A stretch of DNA of 22,624 nucleotides from Candidatus Poribacteria bacterium (GTDB lineage: Bacteria > Poribacteria > WGA-4E > UBA9662): positions 1-22,624 of the forward strand of contig JAYZAL010000040.1 of assembly GCA_036339735.1 (NCBI GenBank), given 5' to 3'. Position numbers and translations under genes: made by a program. Below are positions 8,389 to 16,808 of this stretch, in pieces. The first letter of the stretch is position 1. Each line of letters opens with the position of its first letter. The notes beneath the pieces are model-generated. The model searched no databases. It saw only the letters and a program-made list of their open reading frames with translations, and was not told the DNA's origin.

Positions 8389-9425
8389 TGAAAAAAATTA
8401 AAGTTGGTGTCATTGGTAGTGGAGGAATTGCGCGCAGTGCTCATCTTCCAAATTATCGAAAAATTGAGAATGTAGAAATCATAGCAGTGGCTGATATAAA
8501 CTTGGAAGCAGCTAAAAAAGCATCTGAAGAATTTGCTGTACCTCATAGTTTTGCCAATTATGAAGAGTTGCTCGGAATCGATGAGATTGATGCTGTCAGT
8601 ATTTGTACGCCTAATGCGTTTCACGCATCAGCCTCAATTTCTGCTTTAGAAGCAGGTAAGCACGTATTATGCGAAAAACCAATGGCTGTTAATGCTCAAG
8701 AGGGGCAAGCCATGGTTGATGCAGCTAAACACGCCGGAAAAATCCTGCAAATTGGTTTAGCTTCTCGTTTTACCCCACAATCCGAATATCTGAAACAGAT
8801 TATTGATAGTGGTAGGTTAGGTGATATCTACTACGGTCGAGCCGCATCGATGCGTCGTCGTGGGATTCCCAGTTGGGGTGTTTTTATTCGAAAAGATATG
8901 TCAGGCGGTGGAACTCTGTATGATATTGGTGTTCATGCTATTGATCATGTCGTTTGGTTAATGGGAGCACCAAAACCAACTGCTGCATTTGGTGCTGCAA
9001 TGACCAAGTTTGGAAATCGGTATGATGTGATTAACAACTGGGGGCCTTGGGATGTAGAGAACTTCGACGTTGATGACTTTGCCACGGGTAGCGTTCGTTT
9101 TGAAAATGGTGCCATGCTGACCATCGAAAGCGCTTGGGCCTCTAATATCGAAAATATTGGTGGTTCATTTATCATGGGTACTGACGGTGGTGTTCATGTC
9201 ATCGGGAACGAAATCTATGAGCAACGTAACGGAAAACTTGTGGAAACTCCTTTACAATTACCACCTGCTGGATCTGGGCACCAGATCGAAATCGAGCGCT
9301 TCATAGAAGCAATCCAAAACGATTTACCATCGCCTGTAGATCCAGAGGAAGTATTGAATGTACAGAAAATTATGGACGCTATATATCAATCTAGTGAAAC
9401 AGGACAATCCGTTCATATCGAATAA
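8388..9425 (+). CDS. Gfo/Idh/MocA family NAD(P)-dependent oxidoreductase
   Basis: VGVIGSGGIA, ICTPNAFH, GKHVLCEKPMA, GGGTLYDIGVH. Confidence 0.93.
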   Translation: MKKIKVGVIGSGGIARSAHLPNYRKIENVEIIAVADINLEAAKKASEEFAVPHSFANYEELLGIDEIDAVSICTPNAFHASASISALEAGKHVLCEKPMAVNAQEGQAMVDAAKHAGKILQIGLASRFTPQSEYLKQIIDSGRLGDIYYGRAASMRRRGIPSWGVFIRKDMSGGGTLYDIGVHAIDHVVWLMGAPKPTAAFGAAMTKFGNRYDVINNWGPWDVENFDVDDFATGSVRFENGAMLTIESAWASNIENIGGSFIMGTDGGVHVIGNEIYEQRNGKLVETPLQLPPAGSGHQIEIERFIEAIQNDLPSPVDPEEVLNVQKIMDAIYQSSETGQSVHIE

Positions 9426-9590
9426 ATTATTGGTTCGTTTATCATGGGTACTGATGATGGTATTCATGTCATCGGGAACGAAATCTATGAGCAACGTAAC
9501 GGAAAACTTGTGGAAACTCCTTTACAATTACCACCTGCTGGATCTGGGCACCAGATCGAAATCGAGCGCTTCATAGAAACAATTCAAAAC
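9161..9590 (+). repeat. 160-bp direct repeat, 9161-9320 vs 9431-9590 (offset 270 bp)
   Basis: 6 mismatches in 160 by manual alignment, all transitions; 9193-9308 is identical to its copy. ATATCGAA occurs at both 9145-9152 and 9415-9422 (same offset). Confidence 0.97.
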
Positions 9591-9605
9591 AAGAATGTGC
9601 CTTAG

Positions 9606-9785
9606 ATAGTACGTGTAACATTTGATTCTGTTAGTATCATTGATATTTTGTATGTGTATAACGATCTTACCAATATAGCTGATCATGCCACCCACTGCGT
9701 AGATAGTATGACATTTACGCCCATAAATATCGTGTCAGCATTTTCATTTGATAAGGGGAATAAGCTGGCGATAACTTGGACTTAA
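9606..9785 (+). pseudogene. 3'-terminal gene remnant ending in GNKLAITW
   Basis: Open stretch IVRVTFDSVSII...AFSFDKGNKLAITWT* preceded by an in-frame TAG and lacking a convincing start. The end resembles the KLAxTW C-terminal motif recalled from secreted Poribacteria proteins. Confidence 0.35.
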
Positions 9786-9966
9786 ACCAAAAAATTCTAC
9801 GTTTTTTGTAATTTATAAATAATTAATTCAGTAACTCTCATCGTCTATGGATTAATTCCTTTCGTTCAGGATCTATTTAACAAAACCCGCCCCACCTTTT
9901 TCTTTTTTGCATCTTTTGTGTTTCTTTTATAAACTTTTGAAAGGCGCGCAAATAGCATGGTAGTCT

Positions 9967-10763
9967 TTGTGCTTGTTATTTAAAGTAATTGGCATGGGTA
10001 TATCTGTGCTAGAAACAGACATTACTTTTGAAATTGCACTGATGGGTACAAGTAATATCAACTTCACTAGTTCTTTTGGCGATGAGTGGCCCACTAGAGG
10101 CAGCGCTTTTTGTGAGACGGTGGAATGTGAGACTATACAAGCGTTACTTAGATTAGACAACAGCTACCAGCTTGTAAACTCTGTCGCTTAACTCTGAATC
10201 AGAGTACACGGGAGTAGATGAAACATAAAGGCGACTAACAAGAATTGTTGAGTGGAAACGAGCTATCAAAACTCCCAGTGATCTGGATTTGAATACTCTG
10301 GGGTTGGCTACAAGGTACAAGGTCTACGAAATATATACGGTATTTGATGCGTCTGCTGAACTGACCACAACCTCCGTAATAACGCGTTGGGTCTCGTTCA
10401 CTAAACCTTGCAAAAATACTCTCATAATGCAGTTTATTCACTCCCGACATTTTTTGACGAAAGTCTCCTTCAAAAAACTGAGGATGAGTGATAAGTAATT
10501 GTGTTGAAGATCCTGCATTTTACAAAAGCTAGCTCCAATTTGAGTACCAGTTCAAGGGCAGGTGGTTTCTGGTCGGATAAAGCTTTCCTGATCCAGACGC
10601 TCACATGCTGTTCATACTGATATATAGCAGTTGCAGAGCAAAACTTATGGAATATGATCGAGAGATATTTTTGAAACAACATGGGGATTATCCACGATAC
10701 GAACCAGACACAGTGCATGAATTTGAATACTTAGAGGACTGGTTGACAATCGCTGCCCGGTGA
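9967..10763 (+). pseudogene. Degraded gene of unknown family
   Basis: Successive protein-like + strand stretches in shifting frames with isolated stops (GDEWPTRGSAF...; RIVEWKRAIKTPSDLDL...; CVEDPAFYKS*LQFEYQFKGRWFLVG*SFPDPD...HEFEYLEDWLTIAAR*). Confidence 0.35.
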
Positions 10764-10834
10764 GAAAATAATAATTTGTATATCAGCTATTTGTCAGATA
10801 ACACCTTTTCAAATACATATAGATAAGGATTAGT

Positions 10835-12364
10835 ATGTTAGCTTTTTTAAAAAATTTTCGTGTGGAATTACTATGCGGGTTGACTGTAGCCCTCGCTTTG
10901 ATACCAGAGGCAGTTGCATTTAGCTTCATAGCATATGTGGACCCTAGAGTCGGGCTATATGCTGCATTCATGATGGGATTAATAACTGCAATTCTAGGTG
11001 GACGACCGGGCATGATTTCCGGAGCCACCGGAGCAATTGCTGTTATCTTTGCGAAATTGATGTTAAAACAAACCACAATACACGGTCCTAGTGTAGCATT
11101 ACAATACTTGTTCTTAGCAGTAGGCGTGATGGGGTTGATACAAATAGCTTTTGGCCTGTTGCGATGGGGCAAGTATATAACGATTATACCGCATTCAGTC
11201 ATGATCGGATTTGTGAACGGGCTAGCCATAATTATAGCAAAAGCACAATTCGCTCAATTTAAAATTAAAACAGACACGGGAGTGGAGGAACTATTACCAA
11301 TACAACCATTAGCGTTAATGATAGGTTTAATGATAGTAACAATGGCGATTATTCATTGGCTCCCTAAAATCACAAAAATCATACCTTCCACGCTTGTAGC
11401 CATAGTGACAGTAACCGGAGTGTCAGTTTACTTAAGATCACGCGGATACGAAATACGTAATGTGATGGATTTTGTACGTTCTATGGATCCCTCCCAGACT
11501 AGCTTGACCGCTTCGTTACCTACATTCATTTTACCTACAATAAATTTTGAAATGCTAAAAACGGTCTTGCCATACTCTACACTCGCGGCGGCTGTAGGAT
11601 TGACAGAATCACTCATGACTTTAATGTTGATAGACGAGATCACAGACACTAAAGGCCAGAAAAACAAAGAAAGCATCGGACAGGGAATCGCGAATTTAAT
11701 TAATGGATTTTTTGGTGGGATGGGCGGTTGTGCCATGATTGGTCAGAGCATGATCAACATACGAGGTGGTGCCCGAGGTAGAACCTCTGGAATTGTCGCG
11801 GCAGTCAGCATGATGGTGTTCATAATGTACGCTTCAAAATTAGTCGAGATGATACCATTGGCTGCCCTTGTGGGAGTCATGTTCATGGTGTCTATTGGTA
11901 CTTTCGAATGGTCAAGCTTAAGGTTACTGAACAGAATACCTCGACCGGACGCAATAATTATTTTGGTTGTGACTGGGATCACAATCGTGTTCGATCTGGC
12001 TATCGCAGTGTTTGCCGGTGTGATAATTGCAGCCGTTGTATATAGCTGGAATCAAGGTCGAGAGCTAACGTTCACCAAAGACCAGACTCATAAAAAAAAT
12101 GACAAATACATTTTCAAGGGTACATTGTTTTTCGGCTCAGCAGACAATTTCAAAAACTCTTTTGATTATAACCAGAGTACCGAGACAGTCGTGATTGATA
12201 TGCATGATGCACGCGTGTGTGATTATTCTGGTGCTGAAACGTTGGACAACGTAAGAAACAAATATAAGGAACATGGCAGAAAAGTTGTATACAGGAACAT
12301 GAACAAACAATGCATGGAACTAGTCAAAAATACCGGAGTCCAACTAGAATATTCAATTGAATAA
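10835..12364 (+). CDS. SulP/SLC26 family anion transporter with C-terminal STAS domain
   Basis: GLTVALALIPEAVAF, GGRPGMISGATGA, GFVNGLAI, ESLMT, GGMGGCAMIGQSMIN, GTLFFGS, DYSG. Confidence 0.95.
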   Translation: MLAFLKNFRVELLCGLTVALALIPEAVAFSFIAYVDPRVGLYAAFMMGLITAILGGRPGMISGATGAIAVIFAKLMLKQTTIHGPSVALQYLFLAVGVMGLIQIAFGLLRWGKYITIIPHSVMIGFVNGLAIIIAKAQFAQFKIKTDTGVEELLPIQPLALMIGLMIVTMAIIHWLPKITKIIPSTLVAIVTVTGVSVYLRSRGYEIRNVMDFVRSMDPSQTSLTASLPTFILPTINFEMLKTVLPYSTLAAAVGLTESLMTLMLIDEITDTKGQKNKESIGQGIANLINGFFGGMGGCAMIGQSMINIRGGARGRTSGIVAAVSMMVFIMYASKLVEMIPLAALVGVMFMVSIGTFEWSSLRLLNRIPRPDAIIILVVTGITIVFDLAIAVFAGVIIAAVVYSWNQGRELTFTKDQTHKKNDKYIFKGTLFFGSADNFKNSFDYNQSTETVVIDMHDARVCDYSGAETLDNVRNKYKEHGRKVVYRNMNKQCMELVKNTGVQLEYSIE

Positions 12365-12386
12365 ATATTGGTAAAGGTTGAGTATG

Positions 12387-12496
12387 AAAATTGGTTTATC
12401 ATGCCTGTAGATTTGGAGGAAGTATTGAATATACAAAAAATTATGAACCTTGTATATCAATTTAGTGAAACTAGGTAATCCGTTAATATCGAATAG
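12387..12496 (+). repeat. Decayed copy of the last ~105 bp of the Gfo/Idh/MocA gene at 8388-9425
   Basis: 12403-12496 aligns ungapped to 9332-9425 with 16 mismatches in 94. Reads PVDLEEVLNIQKIMNLVYQFSETR*SVNIE* vs PVDPEEVLNVQKIMDAIYQSSETGQSVHIE*. Confidence 0.93.
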
Positions 12497-12730
12497 TCAG
12501 TGTTATTTCTTGTATTTTGATTAATTCTCGATTTTCTAGTCCTTTATAACAGTTGGTAATATGCTTCCAACTATCTGGATAATCTAGGAAGTTAGCAATC
12601 ATTGACCTTCAATATTGGTTTAAATAATACTTTCGTTACTGTGACTTGGGGGCCGTAATGAGAAATCCTGCTCTTATCTATCTTCAGTATTGGATGGCGT
12701 TGGGATTATCCGTTGTTCTATTATCTCTTG

Positions 12731-14947
12731 CTATTTATTAGTTTTATTTCCTATGTAAGCGTAGGGACGAGTTATCTCTAGATTATCTACCGCAACAGGC
12801 TTGCAATGTGGGTTGAAAACAATCCATTCTATTTCGTCTTCTGCTAGTTCCACACGCAGGATTGTAGTCTCAATGTCATCACGCAAAACTGAGATGCCAG
12901 ACGCTCCGACGGTTGACTGTAAATCGTGTCTGTTTTCAACTTTAGCTCCTGGGTTGTTATTGCTCGTTCGAAATCGATAAGGCAAATGAGGATAATAGAG
13001 TTGAGTAAAAACCATTTTTTGCCCAACTTTGACTTTTCCTTCCCACGTATATCTAAGTTGAGCAGGACAATCACTGGTACGTGGATCCATTGATAGTCGA
13101 TCTATTATCTGAAGTTGGCGGTCGGGACGTGGTGCAAACCAGACGAGCAAATCAACAGCCGGCGATTTCATACTAAAACGACCGTTACCTCCTATCGGAG
13201 CACTCAAAAATGTGTTAGCCCAATGAGCACCTATCTGTGGGCCTATGTTCTGAGTATTCCAGAGAGGAGATACCCTAGCTTGAAATTCTTCTTCAAAGTT
13301 TACAATTTCGCGTGAGACTAAAAATCGGTTTTTAACGAAGATAAACTCTCTTTCATAGATCACTGGCAAACCATCTGCGTTTTCCACCCTAATACGTACA
13401 TAGGTAGCCTCCTTGGTTTCCTCAAAATATGATACTTCAGATCGAATGTCCGGCATTTTACCCATCTTCCAATCTTCGTTGATTCTCAGTGGATCTAGGT
13501 GGTAACGTCTAGAGGCTGCATCATCTAAATCTTCGATTAATAACCTGTTTTCTTCAGAACTTCCTTTACTAGTCACAATCTGGGTGAACGGAGTTCCGTA
13601 TCGGTTAATGCCCATGATGCCACCTGGGTTTGCAGGAAAACTAGTTGGGTGGAGTTCTATCAATGCAAATAGGTCTCCGGACTCCCAACCACTACGTAGA
13701 ATCAACTTATTAGGCCAAACCTGATCATTAATGACCCAACTACAACAAATATGGCCACGCTGAGGGTGAGGAGAAGCATTACCTAATAAGCGCTCAGTTA
13801 GTGATTTATCAGTATGAGGTAATCGTAAGGCTAAATTTCTGTTATTCCAGAGTGAATGTGGTTCTGGTGGAATAGGATCTATGCTATCTTGGGTAAATAA
13901 CCAAGCTAACGCCATCAGGCTAGCGTAATGAGGTTTATCGAAGTCTTTGGAATCTTTGTATTGATAAGAAAGGTAATTAAAAAGTTTGTGAGCACCGTAA
14001 CGATATTGGCCATTTCCTGTTTTTCGTGCTACTTGTTCTAGGATAAATATGCGAAAATCAGCCGTACTATTATAGCCTCCATTAGGTCCATATGGGTTTA
14101 TTGCTCCATCAGGCGTTATCTCAACTAGTAGGCGATCCCAAATACGCTTCATACCCGGATCGTTATAGTAACGATCATCACCCAGAATCTGGTCACTAAT
14201 ACAGGTTAACATGATCAGGGGACCCATCATATAGCCAGTATCGTTCTGAGGAATATCTTTGTTACGCCAAAAGTCCCGAAAATTATCTTGGCCCAAATCA
14301 CGCCATCGGTTGGCTTCTGGAATACCGGGATACCATTTGGCAGCTAGCCACTTAGATAGACCTTCTGGCATTGATCGATGACATCCACCACGCCACTCGG
14401 TTGGCTCAGAATCCCAAACATGAAGGTTTCGGCAATAGTACAGCCATATTTGACGAAACCAACTGGAATCTGCTTGCATTAATCCTCCTTCAATTAAATA
14501 ATGCCGATGCAGAGCCATAGCAACTGCTGGCCACTCGAAATCCCAGAACCATTTTCTTTCTTCTACTGTTTCTTGTAGGGTTCGGTGATAGTTTTTCAGC
14601 ATGGAGATAATAGCTTCACCCCAAATAGGATCTTTCGTCTGAGCATATTTGGCCAAGATTGGCAGGTATAGAAAGGGACCTCGTTCGCCTTGATTGGTAT
14701 TGGCAATTAAATTAGCCAGATCTATTTGGTCTAACACATTCATATAGCTATCCCTTGTCACCTTAACTGTTGGAATAGGATAAAAGTTAGGGTTTTTTAG
14801 ATTTGGCTCGGAGAAACGATAACGTTCTACATCAACGAAATGGTAGGAGGGGGCTCCAATTCGTTCAACCTTCGACCAATCAGCTGAGAATGGGAACTGA
14901 GTATAAGTACTGGCAAGAATATAAGCATAAGTAATCGCTGTTATCAT
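12731..14947 (-). CDS. Large hypothetical protein, divergent heparinase II/III-like polysaccharide lyase candidate
   Basis: 738 aa, Trp/Tyr-rich helical N-half and beta-rich C-half. ITPDGAINPYG, ILRSGW and YEREFIFV resemble heparinase II/III-family segments. ORF is solid; function is inference. Confidence 0.6.
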   Translation of the reverse strand: MITAITYAYILASTYTQFPFSADWSKVERIGAPSYHFVDVERYRFSEPNLKNPNFYPIPTVKVTRDSYMNVLDQIDLANLIANTNQGERGPFLYLPILAKYAQTKDPIWGEAIISMLKNYHRTLQETVEERKWFWDFEWPAVAMALHRHYLIEGGLMQADSSWFRQIWLYYCRNLHVWDSEPTEWRGGCHRSMPEGLSKWLAAKWYPGIPEANRWRDLGQDNFRDFWRNKDIPQNDTGYMMGPLIMLTCISDQILGDDRYYNDPGMKRIWDRLLVEITPDGAINPYGPNGGYNSTADFRIFILEQVARKTGNGQYRYGAHKLFNYLSYQYKDSKDFDKPHYASLMALAWLFTQDSIDPIPPEPHSLWNNRNLALRLPHTDKSLTERLLGNASPHPQRGHICCSWVINDQVWPNKLILRSGWESGDLFALIELHPTSFPANPGGIMGINRYGTPFTQIVTSKGSSEENRLLIEDLDDAASRRYHLDPLRINEDWKMGKMPDIRSEVSYFEETKEATYVRIRVENADGLPVIYEREFIFVKNRFLVSREIVNFEEEFQARVSPLWNTQNIGPQIGAHWANTFLSAPIGGNGRFSMKSPAVDLLVWFAPRPDRQLQIIDRLSMDPRTSDCPAQLRYTWEGKVKVGQKMVFTQLYYPHLPYRFRTSNNNPGAKVENRHDLQSTVGASGISVLRDDIETTILRVELAEDEIEWIVFNPHCKPVAVDNLEITRPYAYIGNKTNK

Positions 14948-15070
14948 CTTACTAATCCTTCAGTTATTCAAGTAAGAGTTTATAAATGCAGGAGATTTTA
15001 TCGTGAATATTCTGTCTTAAATCAAATATAATCACAAGGAAATACCATTTTATTAAAAGAGGAATACTAA

Positions 15071-15871
15071 TTGAATTTGCTTATTTACACACATATTTTA
15101 GGGGTCATTTGGGGAAACATAATTAACCTACAAAAAGATTGGCAACTTGTTTGGCATGATGAATTTGACGGTGATCAGCTTGATTACACAAAATGGGGAA
15201 TAGAAGTAAATGCACTTGGTGGAGGAAATAACGAACTTCAACTTTATACTGATTATCCGTCGAATGTTCGAGTAGAAAACGGGAATTTAATCTTGGAGGC
15301 ACGGTCTGATTCCCCTAGCCTGATGGGGACTACACGAAAGTATTCTTCAGGCCGTATCCGTACGAAAAATCGAGGGGATTGGAAATATTGCTATCTGGAG
15401 GTCAAAGCGAAACTCCCTGCTGGAAGAGGCATGTGGCCTGCTATTTGGATGCTCCCAACCGATGATAAATATGGAACTTGGCCTTTAAGTGGTGAAATTG
15501 ATATTGTTGAACTTGATGGAGCTCAGCCGAATCGAGCTCATGGCACCATACATTATGGGGGAAAATGGCCACATAATCAGTCTAGTGGAAAAGAATTTGT
15601 TTTAGAAAAAGCTTCTTTCAGCGACACCTATCACGTTTTTGCTATTAGATGGGAGGAAGACTTAATTCGTTGGTATATTGATGGCGAATGTTATCACACG
15701 CAAACTAGGTGGAACACAAGTTCTGCATCTTTTCCTGCACCATTCGACCAGCGGTTTCACCTGCTGCTGAATTTGGCTGTGGGAGGTAATATGGTTGACG
15801 ATCCAGATTCTAGTACCCAATTCCCCCAGCAGATGTTAGTTGATTATGTTAGGGTTTATCAGAGGAGATAG
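15071..15871 (+). CDS. Glycoside hydrolase family 16 (laminarinase/beta-1,3-glucanase-like)
   Basis: WHDEFDG, GGGNNELQLY, YSSGRI, WPAIWML, catalytic GEIDIVE, PFDQRFHLLLNLAVGG, MLVDYVRVYQ. TTG start with AGAGGA SD. Confidence 0.95.
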   Translation: MNLLIYTHILGVIWGNIINLQKDWQLVWHDEFDGDQLDYTKWGIEVNALGGGNNELQLYTDYPSNVRVENGNLILEARSDSPSLMGTTRKYSSGRIRTKNRGDWKYCYLEVKAKLPAGRGMWPAIWMLPTDDKYGTWPLSGEIDIVELDGAQPNRAHGTIHYGGKWPHNQSSGKEFVLEKASFSDTYHVFAIRWEEDLIRWYIDGECYHTQTRWNTSSASFPAPFDQRFHLLLNLAVGGNMVDDPDSSTQFPQQMLVDYVRVYQRR

Positions 15872-16120
15872 TATATCTGAATCACTTATTCCGAAGTCTT
15901 AATAAGGACCGTATAGATTGTGAGATTAGGACGCGTGGTGTGTTCACTAGAAAATATCTGGTCAGGTGTATACACCCTGTAAAAAGCGCTCTGGTGTGTT
16001 CCTATTAACTACTTGGTAGTATTTTCAAAGAAGTTGTGCTTTTCACTAGTGTTAAAATTGCACGATTTCCTAGGGACGAACTGTGCAGACTAACTTATTG
16101 AGGTACGATTCCCAAATGAT

Positions 16121-16228
16121 TCAAGAATCTTCGTCTTTATCTTCCTTCTTTAAAATGAAGCTGGTTTTGGTTAGAATTGCTGGAAATAAAATACTAATTA
16201 TCATCCACGGAATAAGTATATTGATCAT
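16121..16228 (-). CDS. Putative 35-aa small membrane protein, or truncated signal-peptide remnant
   Basis: MINILIPWMIISILFPAILTKTSFILKKEDKDEDS*. GGAGG (16239-16235) lies 6 nt before the ATG. Confidence 0.4.
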   Translation of the reverse strand: MINILIPWMIISILFPAILTKTSFILKKEDKDEDS

Positions 16229-16572
16229 TACATTCCTCCGGCTAGTAATGCTATATCTGGGTCTGCTTTTTATTAACCAAATAATGGTAGTCTCCTAACT
16301 TAGTAATTACAAATATTATCTATTACCCAAAAACACATCACCTTCTTTCTAACGAGTTCAAAAATTCAAGATTGAACAAACTTAGATGATTAGCTATTTC
16401 CCCTAATACCCAACCGAAACATCCACTAGTTAAGGTCAATGATCTTTCTAAGAGTTGACACATATCTTCTGACTTGAAAACCGCTGTAATTAGACCAAAA
16501 AGTAATATGATATACAGCAAATTTCTTATAGCATAAATCTCAATCCGGATAAATTCACAGCTAAGCTAGGCA

Positions 16573-16740
16573 GAAGATTAGCCTAATTTAATGAGTCTGA
16601 AACAATTTGAAAAACAATTTGAAATTAGAACCTCTAAGTTATAAATTTAATGTTGGTTTACTTCTAACCTGAACTGCAATAACTCCATTTGTGTTATTAG
16701 GACCTAATAAGTCAGGTTACCTGAACGATTTGTTAAATCG
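16573..16740. promoter_or_regulatory. Cluster of palindromes and a tandem repeat upstream of yceI; possible operator region
   Basis: TTATTAGG-A-CCTAATAA (16694-16710), TCAGGT-T-ACCTGA (16712-16724), CGATTT-GTT-AAATCG (16726-16740), and (AAACAATTTGAA)x2 at 16600-16623. Confidence 0.35.
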
Positions 16741-16808
16741 ATACACACTTTGGCACCAAAAGCCAAAAATACAATGTAAAGCAACGAGCTCTAACCCGAG
16801 GTACATAC

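Noticed and set aside
9358..9576. 72-aa ORF spanning the duplication
   Set aside because: Alternative-frame reading of the Gfo tail and its duplicate; no independent evidence of coding.
9161..9590. Diversity-generating retroelement (VR/TR pair) explanation for the near-identical repeat at a gene 3' end
   Set aside because: Mismatches include C/T changes and an A-in-gene/G-in-copy change, so they are not adenine-specific. No reverse transcriptase is in the window.
15930..16005. TGGTGTGTTC repeated twice around the palindrome GGTGTATACACC; possible mini-CRISPR or operator
   Set aside because: Only two 10-bp copies, too short for CRISPR repeats and not clearly tied to a promoter.
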